The notes under the pieces are model-generated. The model did no database searches. It had not been told where the DNA came from and worked only from the letters and a program-made list of their open reading frames with translations. DNA of 64,000 nt from Promethearchaeota archaeon (lineage in GTDB: Archaea; Asgardarchaeota; Lokiarchaeia; Sigyniarchaeales; SOKP01): NCBI GenBank assembly GCA_048939995.1, contig JBHLOY010000006.1, forward strand, positions 64,001-128,000. Direction: 5' to 3'. Below are positions 58,134 to 64,000 of the stretch, piece by piece (within the stretch, counting starts at the first letter, position 1; each line of letters starts with the position of its first letter). The position numbers and the translations under genes are program-made.

Positions 58134-58775
58134 ATGTCTGAAGAACAAAAAAAGAAGGCTAAAATGGATGATATGGAATCAGAACTTTATTCAATTGTTA
58201 ATACAATACATACATTGTATAAAAAATATCAAAGTGGTAATTTGAACCACAATTTTTTCCAAAAATCCATTAAAAGCTGTATGAACGATCTTTTAAAAAT
58301 TAATTTCGAATTAAAAGAACAAAATATTGATATTTCTGAGTTCTTAGATTATATGGACTTTAATGAACAATACTATGGAGCAATTGATATCATAAATAGT
58401 GTATCAGATCTTAATTTTTCAAGAATTCATGGCGAGGAATCAGATTTACTCAGTAAAGGAATTAGCGCATCTATCCTAGAGCTTCCCGGTGTTACTTCTC
58501 AAATCACTTCTTCTTTTATTACTCTATTAGATGCGCTCAGATTAAACGCATTAGATAATAAAAATATTACATCTCAATTATTTAAGGACATAAAAGATAA
58601 TCTGGAAAAATTTCCGGGCTTAGAATTAATTCGATTTAACCTTGAAAACATTTATAAAAATGTTTTAAACAACTACTCAAAATTTATTAAAAATAAGAAG
58701 TTTAGAGATTCAATTGAAGATGATTTATACAAACTATATCAAGATTTTCAAAAGAAATTGAATTTGAGAGATTAG
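58134..58775 (+). CDS. vps28: Vps28-like ESCRT-I subunit
   Basis: N-terminal ELYSIVNTIHTLYKKY, central ITSSFITLLDALRL and C-terminal DLYKLYQDF match recalled eukaryotic VPS28 motifs. Confidence 0.8.
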   Translation: MSEEQKKKAKMDDMESELYSIVNTIHTLYKKYQSGNLNHNFFQKSIKSCMNDLLKINFELKEQNIDISEFLDYMDFNEQYYGAIDIINSVSDLNFSRIHGEESDLLSKGISASILELPGVTSQITSSFITLLDALRLNALDNKNITSQLFKDIKDNLEKFPGLELIRFNLENIYKNVLNNYSKFIKNKKFRDSIEDDLYKLYQDFQKKLNLRD

Positions 58776-58867
58776 TTAAAATAATAAAATTAATTAACTT
58801 GTTACAACTTTATATTATATTAATTTAAGAGTCAAATTTCAATTAAAAGATTCTAAAGGGAGCTTAA

Positions 58868-59137
58868 TTGCCAAGACCAGGATTACGATCAAAAGCTAAA
58901 GCGAGAAAAAAGCTAAAAACCCCAGGAAACCGTACAACAATGCATTATTGGAGAAGAAAGCCAAGTAAAACTCAATGCATCATATGTAAGAAACCACTTC
59001 AATCAATTCCACGACTAAGACCTTCTGAAATGAAAAAAACAGATAAAACATCCAGAAGAGCAAATAGAATAGCTAGCGGGCGTTATTGTGCTAAATGCTT
59101 ACAAAGTATAGTTAAAGAGACCGTATGGCATTTATAA
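58868..59137 (+). CDS. rpl34e: 50S ribosomal protein eL34
   Basis: KTPG, C..C.KPL and CAKC motifs. Confidence 0.92.
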   Translation: MPRPGLRSKAKARKKLKTPGNRTTMHYWRRKPSKTQCIICKKPLQSIPRLRPSEMKKTDKTSRRANRIASGRYCAKCLQSIVKETVWHL

Positions 59138-59190
59138 GATTCTCTTAATATCCCTGCTTAATTTTAGATCTTCAATCACGTTACTCCAAG

Positions 59191-59736
59191 TTGACCAATG
59201 TGATTATTACAATTTCAGGCCTTCATGGAACTGGAAAATCCACAATTGGAAAATTAATTGCAAAAGCTCTTGGCCTTACTTTTTACTCCACGGGTGAAGC
59301 TTTCAGAGAGCTAGCGCATGAAAAAAAAATGACTCTAAAAGAATTTACTGAATATGCTGAAAACAATCCTGATATTGACCTTGAACTAGATAAAAAAGTC
59401 ATTGAAATTGCTAAAAAAGGGAATATCATAGTAGATAGTCAATTAAGCGGATTCCTTCTTGAAAATATAGCAGATTTTAGAATACATTTAGTATGCCCTA
59501 TCGATGTAAGAGTCAATAGGATGGGCTTTAGAGATCAAACTCCATATAAAGAAAAATTAAAAGAAACCACTTTAAGAGAAAGATCAGAAGCTATACGCTT
59601 CAAAAAATTATATAATATTGATATAACAGATCTGAACAAAATAGATGAAAATTTCGATTTGATTATAAATACTGAGAATTTAACAATCGAACAAGTTGTG
59701 GATATTATACTTAAAAAACTGGATGAAGTAGCTTAA
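59191..59736 (+). CDS. cmk: Cytidylate kinase, archaeal type
   Basis: ITISGLHGTGKST, G..FRELA, ID..LD and RE.SE..R..YNID motifs. Confidence 0.92.
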   Translation: MTNVIITISGLHGTGKSTIGKLIAKALGLTFYSTGEAFRELAHEKKMTLKEFTEYAENNPDIDLELDKKVIEIAKKGNIIVDSQLSGFLLENIADFRIHLVCPIDVRVNRMGFRDQTPYKEKLKETTLRERSEAIRFKKLYNIDITDLNKIDENFDLIINTENLTIEQVVDIILKKLDEVA

Positions 59737-59868
59737 ACCTTCTAATTAACAAAACATAAAAGATTTATTTTTAGTATAATTTCTTCATTTACAAACAAAT
59801 GTTTATCCCGACTGAAGCTTAAATTCAGTTGTGATAAATGAACACAAAATAATTTGGTGACGAATTAT

Positions 59869-60138
59869 ATGAGTATTTATGATATAGGAAGAGTTTGTGT
59901 AAAAACAATGGGAAGAGAAGCAGGAAATTACTGTGTTGTGGTAGACATTATTGACAAGAACTATGTAATAATCGATGGCTTAAAAATTCGAAGAAGGAGA
60001 GTGAATTATAAACATATTGAGCCTTTAGCTGATATAATCGAGATTAAAAAAGGTGCTAAACATGAAGATGTAGAAGCAGCCATTAAAAAAGCTAAATTGG
60101 ATAAAAAAATGAAAGAAACTATAGAAATCCCTAAATAA
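59869..60138 (+). CDS. rpl14e: 50S ribosomal protein eL14
   Basis: IGRVCVK..GREAG and RRRRVN.KHIEP motifs. Confidence 0.95.
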   Translation: MSIYDIGRVCVKTMGREAGNYCVVVDIIDKNYVIIDGLKIRRRRVNYKHIEPLADIIEIKKGAKHEDVEAAIKKAKLDKKMKETIEIPK

Positions 60139-60207
60139 TAAAATAAGCTTGAAATTCCCTAATAAATATAAATAACGCTTAATTGCGTTATTTAACTTAA
60201 ATTTTTT

Positions 60208-60309
60208 GCAGACATAGCCTAGCCTGGTACGGCGCCAGCTTGGAGAGAATTTCTTACCTAATAAGCTGGTGTGTGAAAGCACTCGAGGGTTCAAATCCCT
60301 CTGTCTGCG
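60208..60309 (+). tRNA. tRNA-Ser(GGA) with 18-nt intron at 37/38 (60246-60263)
   Basis: Acceptor GCAGACA/TGTCTGC plus G73; anticodon stem CCAGC/GCTGG; BHB with TTGG/CTAA helix and AGA and TAA bulges; long variable arm GTGT-GAAA-GCAC; T arm GAGGG-TTCAAAT-CCCTC. Confidence 0.93.
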
Positions 60310-60342
60310 TACTTTCTTTTGAGTTATTAACATCTAGGGATC

Positions 60343-61026
60343 TTAAACATCTGGAAACTCCAGAGCTTTTGATTTACCACCACCCATCATCTGTTCAAAG
60401 CCACCGGATGCTTGAGTTTGCAACTTAAAAATTCTTTGGATGATAGTATTCATTCCAAAGCTACAGAGAAAATACCATGCCGTAAAATTAATCCATCCGT
60501 GGTATGGTTGAATAATTTTATACATATTATAAAATGCCAATGTCCAATCTGGAGCTGGTGGTCCCCCAGTAAATGCTGCTATTATTCCTCCAATAAATGG
60601 TATATCATTTGCATTCATAGGAGATAATGCGACTGGTATAGGTATATTGTCTGGTCTAAACACAAAGTTTACAATCGTAAATATTATTATCATTGGTAAA
60701 AAAGTGATACATGTGGGCTTTATACGCTGGAGTGACATTCTCTGCTGAGTCTGTTTAAACATACTGTCTTTACGTTCCCATCTTTTGCGAAGCTTTCTAT
60801 ATCGTTCAACATCCGTTTCTGCTAATTCTATAATCTTAGATTTTTCTTCATTATGAGCCTTTAAAGCTTTCTGTTTCCTATTCATCTCATCAATATCAGT
60901 TAGCCATTTTGTCAATCCTGTGCTTAACAATGCTGTTGCTGTAGCTAACAGTAAAACAAAAAACATTGCACCAGGGGGATAACTAAACCACCCTAGAGGG
61001 TAATCTTGAAAAATTATTAGTAACAT
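60343..61026 (-). CDS. EMC3/TMCO1 (DUF106, Oxa1-superfamily) membrane insertase
   Basis: TM1, coiled coil, KPTCITFLP and WYFLCSF; lies downstream of secY. Confidence 0.85.
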   Translation of the reverse strand: MLLIIFQDYPLGWFSYPPGAMFFVLLLATATALLSTGLTKWLTDIDEMNRKQKALKAHNEEKSKIIELAETDVERYRKLRKRWERKDSMFKQTQQRMSLQRIKPTCITFLPMIIIFTIVNFVFRPDNIPIPVALSPMNANDIPFIGGIIAAFTGGPPAPDWTLAFYNMYKIIQPYHGWINFTAWYFLCSFGMNTIIQRIFKLQTQASGGFEQMMGGGKSKALEFPDV

Positions 61027-61123
61027 AGATAGTGTACAATATATTCAGTCTTATTTTAAATTTTTTAGTGATTCGATCATCTTCAAAATTGACCGAAATT
61101 AAGAGGAAAAGAAATAGCGGTAC

Positions 61124-62578
61124 CTAATCCAGCCCAAGGAAGCTTCGCATGCCAGGGTATTGGCTTGCAGCCACCTCCTTCGCGATTGTTTCTGAATATT
61201 GGTGAACGATGCCGATAGCGATTAAGAGTCCCGTACCTGAAGTCAGTGCTCCTAATGAATCGGCGAAAAAGCTCATGCCTGCGATGATGATTCCGTTGAT
61301 AATAACTAAAGTGGGAATGTATCTCTTCAAAATTCTTTCAATTATACGCTCTGAACTTCTAAATCCTGGAACACTCATGCCAGAATCGAGAATTTGTTGG
61401 GCGATATCGCGTGGTGCTAATCCTGAAACTTCAACCCATAGACGGCCGAGCATTACACAGAGGAAAATGAATATCACTAAATATATGACGGCTCTTAAGG
61501 GATCTTGGAGCAGTGCGTCAATTCCTTGGGGCGGTGAGAGATAATATAATAATCCCCCTGTCGGAAGTAAATATTGTCCTTGCTGGATACCTTCCGTACG
61601 TGGTTCAAATACTCCAATGAGATTTAGCCAAAATTGAGTATCTGCATTCCGCAAAGCGGAATCAGGACCCGCAATTAATTGCCCAAAGAATAATAAATTT
61701 GCATATAAAGCATTCACTAATATTACGGGAATATTAGATACATATAGCAACTTCATTGGATATTTTCCTCTAAAACCCCTATATCCTCTATATGTCAGAG
61801 GTATTTCCACTCTAGTCGATTCAAGCCAAATAACAATAACAAAAATAATTAATGTAGTAATCCCCCCTAAAATTGAAGGTAATTGCCCTCTTTGAAAAAG
61901 TGAGGCAGTATCTAAATCAGGATTGGTAAATGATTCAAAAAACGCAACGACAATACCTCTTGCTCCTTCTGGAGTGTTTAAACCATAAAAACTGAAGCAA
62001 TTTACAAATATTTGTCCTGCCACTCCAGCTGCTATGAATAAAGAGACTCCACTTCCCAGACCCCATCCTTTTTGCAATAATTCATCTAAGAGTATTATGA
62101 TAATTCCGGCGAATAATAGCTGTAGAAGAATAAATGTCTGTGTTGCAATACCTAAACCAGGACCAAAAGCTCCCCCTATAATATATGCAACAGCATTAAA
62201 TATGGTTAAAAACATAGCCATTACTTTTTGGGAACCGCTAAACATAGCTCTATCATAAGGATCACTCATATCCACTTTAATTATTTTTGAACCGAGTAAT
62301 AACTGCATTACTAAACCAGCAGTAACTATGGGACCAATTCCTAGTTCTGTTAACGTTCCTCTTTGACTTGCTAAAATTACTCTTAACCAATAATAGTAAT
62401 CGGTTGTTTCTGAGAGATTTACACCATATATTGGAATACTAGATAAAATGATATAAATGATTAAAACTATAGCAGTCCAAATGAGTTTTTCTTTGAAACT
62501 TACTTCTCTTTGGGGTTGTTTTAACTCCGGCATTATCCGTACAAATGGAGAAAAAAACTTTAGAAATTTACCTCCCAT
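61124..62578 (-). CDS. secY: Preprotein translocase SecY/Sec61alpha
   Basis: FKEKLIWT, GTLTELGIGPIVTAG, KGWGLGSGVSLFIA, KLLYVSNIP, PGFR and SGTGLLIA motifs. Confidence 0.97.
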   Translation of the reverse strand: MGGKFLKFFSPFVRIMPELKQPQREVSFKEKLIWTAIVLIIYIILSSIPIYGVNLSETTDYYYWLRVILASQRGTLTELGIGPIVTAGLVMQLLLGSKIIKVDMSDPYDRAMFSGSQKVMAMFLTIFNAVAYIIGGAFGPGLGIATQTFILLQLLFAGIIIILLDELLQKGWGLGSGVSLFIAAGVAGQIFVNCFSFYGLNTPEGARGIVVAFFESFTNPDLDTASLFQRGQLPSILGGITTLIIFVIVIWLESTRVEIPLTYRGYRGFRGKYPMKLLYVSNIPVILVNALYANLLFFGQLIAGPDSALRNADTQFWLNLIGVFEPRTEGIQQGQYLLPTGGLLYYLSPPQGIDALLQDPLRAVIYLVIFIFLCVMLGRLWVEVSGLAPRDIAQQILDSGMSVPGFRSSERIIERILKRYIPTLVIINGIIIAGMSFFADSLGALTSGTGLLIAIGIVHQYSETIAKEVAASQYPGMRSFLGLD

Positions 62579-62767
62579 TCTGTATCAATACCTTCATTTT
62601 TATTGAGAAGTCTAATTTATACAATAATTTTACTTTCGTGCTTGATAAATGTAAATAATAAAAAATTAAATTTAAAAAAAAGTTTTTGATCAAACTGATT
62701 TTTTTAACAAATTTCGAGGATAAAAAATAAAAAATAGGGTAAAAAAAAAATTTAATTCAGATTTGTT

Positions 62768-63055
62768 TCAGAAGAGCGAACCAATTCCAGTAGGTTCTTC
62801 TTCCTCTTCTTCCTCTTTCTTCTTTTCTTCTTTCTTTTCTACTTTAGGTGCTGCACTTGGGGCCGCTATAACAGGAGCAGAGCCTGTGGATTTAATTATA
62901 TCCTCAATTTTGACCTCTTTTAAACCTGCTATAAGTTTAGTCAGTTCTGTCTTATCGACTTTAGTACCTGCAGCCTCCAAAACCTTCTCTAAGTTTGCTT
63001 CTGTAATCTTTTTATTGGCTTTATGTAGCAGTAAAGCAGCGTAAATAGATTCCAT
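62768..63055 (-). CDS. rpl12: Ribosomal stalk protein P1/aL12
   Basis: IYAALLLH, Ala/Pro hinge and acidic tail ending GIGSLF. Confidence 0.95.
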   Translation of the reverse strand: MESIYAALLLHKANKKITEANLEKVLEAAGTKVDKTELTKLIAGLKEVKIEDIIKSTGSAPVIAAPSAAPKVEKKEEKKKEEEEEEEPTGIGSLF

Positions 63056-63119
63056 ATCTTATAACCTCCAATTCTTAATTTCAATAATTTTTAACTTTAT
63101 TAATTTTAATTTGAAAAAT

Positions 63120-64000
63120 TCAGCCAAACAAACCTCCTATCCCAACTTCTTCCTCTTCTTCTTCTTCCTTTTCAGGTTTTTTTACTTCAGCTTTAGGTTC
63201 TTCTTTAGGAGCTACTTGTATTCCTTCTCCAAATATAATTGCATTTAGCAAATTAGCATTCGCAACCGCTTTTTGGATATAGTATTTTGTCATATCTTCA
63301 AATAAAACGGGGATTTCAAAGAGGATTCCAAGAGCCTCTCTATAAGCTTTTGATAAATCTTGTTTAAACTGATCTACATTCATATATAGAATATCTTCTG
63401 GTATTATCTCACCATCACTCCACGCAGAATGTATTTTGATTAAAGATTCAATAGGTTTAATCCCCAATTTTTTTAAAACTGCTGCCTGTTTAACATCAAC
63501 AACATCTCCTGCTTTATGCGTTCTGGTATCTTCTCTTATCCAAATCGTATCATTTTGTATTCTAGTTGGCAGTTTTAGAGTCATATTTAATTCTGATATA
63601 ACTTGACCAGTAGGTAATCCTGTATCTCCTGCTGGAACCCAAATATCTACTGGAGTTACTTCATCTGGTTTAGCTGGAACCATCCATTCATTTTCATTAA
63701 AAACCTTCTTTAACTCAAAAATATCCATATTTGTGAAGCATAAGGCTGATTGTCCTGGAATATTTTCTGCAAATATCTCTAAGTTTAGCTTTTTTGACTC
63801 CTTTTTGTATTCCTCTATCGCTCTTAACTGTAGATTTTTTTTAGACATTCTAATAACAGCTTTTCCTCTTAGAAGTTTTCGGGTTTCTTGAATTTGTCTA
63901 TCGTTTAAATTAGCAACTTCAATTACAGCGATATTCTTATTATTCTTAAACAAATCTATTAAGCTACTAACTTCATTTTTCTTCCATTGTGGAATGGTTT
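63120..64000 (-). CDS. rpl10: 50S ribosomal protein uL10 (P0), 5'-truncated by the window end
   Basis: Frame open to the window edge (TIPQWKKNEV...); MSKKNL, VPAGDTG and acidic tail ending GIGGLFG. Confidence 0.95.
   Translation of the reverse strand, partial: TIPQWKKNEVSSLIDLFKNNKNIAVIEVANLNDRQIQETRKLLRGKAVIRMSKKNLQLRAIEEYKKESKKLNLEIFAENIPGQSALCFTNMDIFELKKVFNENEWMVPAKPDEVTPVDIWVPAGDTGLPTGQVISELNMTLKLPTRIQNDTIWIREDTRTHKAGDVVDVKQAAVLKKLGIKPIESLIKIHSAWSDGEIIPEDILYMNVDQFKQDLSKAYREALGILFEIPVLFEDMTKYYIQKAVANANLLNAIIFGEGIQVAPKEEPKAEVKKPEKEEEEEEEVGIGGLFG

Noticed and set aside
59800-59840. Hairpin as a SECIS element or C/D box sRNA
   Set aside because: It lacks the AUGA/GA quartet geometry, has no upstream in-frame UGA gene, and the box order does not fit.
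60025-60627. ORFs 60025..60333, 60240..60428 and 60412..60627
   Set aside because: They overlap tRNA-Ser, rpl14e or the DUF106 gene and are shadow frames.
636-63044. Short antisense or nested ORFs in the track (e.g. 636..920, 19630..19935, 29762..30124, 35709..36110, 39340..39792, 45237..45560, 61209..61544, 62763..63044)
   Set aside because: They lie opposite or within well-supported genes and have no motifs.
14566-63122. Selenoprotein read-through at TGA-terminated ORFs (radB, RCK gene, fbp, 25842 ORF, rbsK, Yip1 gene, rpl12, rpl10)
   Set aside because: Each TGA is at the expected family C-terminus or is followed within a few codons by another stop, and no convincing SECIS was seen.
1-64000. 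CRISPR arrays, rRNA, transposases, integrases or prophage
   Set aside because: No repeat-spacer periodicity, no long GC-rich RNA gene, and no mobile-element motifs were seen.

Overview
AT-rich (roughly 30% GC), gene-dense archaeal chromosome segment, most likely from an Asgard archaeon (Lokiarchaeia-like). This is inferred from archaeal ribosomal proteins together with Vps28, OST3/6-OSTC-like, Roadblock, Yip1, EMC3/TMCO1-like genes and a selenocysteine machinery. The window contains a dpp/opp peptide ABC operon, RNA-modification and DNA-repair genes, a fragmented and partly inverted S10/spc ribosomal supercluster, a putative cobalamin ECF module, and a Sec cluster (SelB, tRNA-Sec, SepSecS). 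The strongest hidden signals are two multiply interrupted tRNA genes not visible in the ORF track. One is a tRNA-Sec(UCA) with two BHB introns at non-canonical sites (D-stem and T-loop). The other is a tRNA-Ile with the eukaryote-type UAU anticodon, split by three introns. Also seen are probable non-AUG/GUG/UUG starts, a Nudix-NadM fusion in reversed domain order, a DPM2-like protein, an RPC34/TFE-beta homolog with an extra zinc finger and an internally deleted M20 peptidase. No CRISPR array, rRNA, transposase or selenoprotein gene was recognised. All protein calls come from motif recognition by eye, not from database searches.
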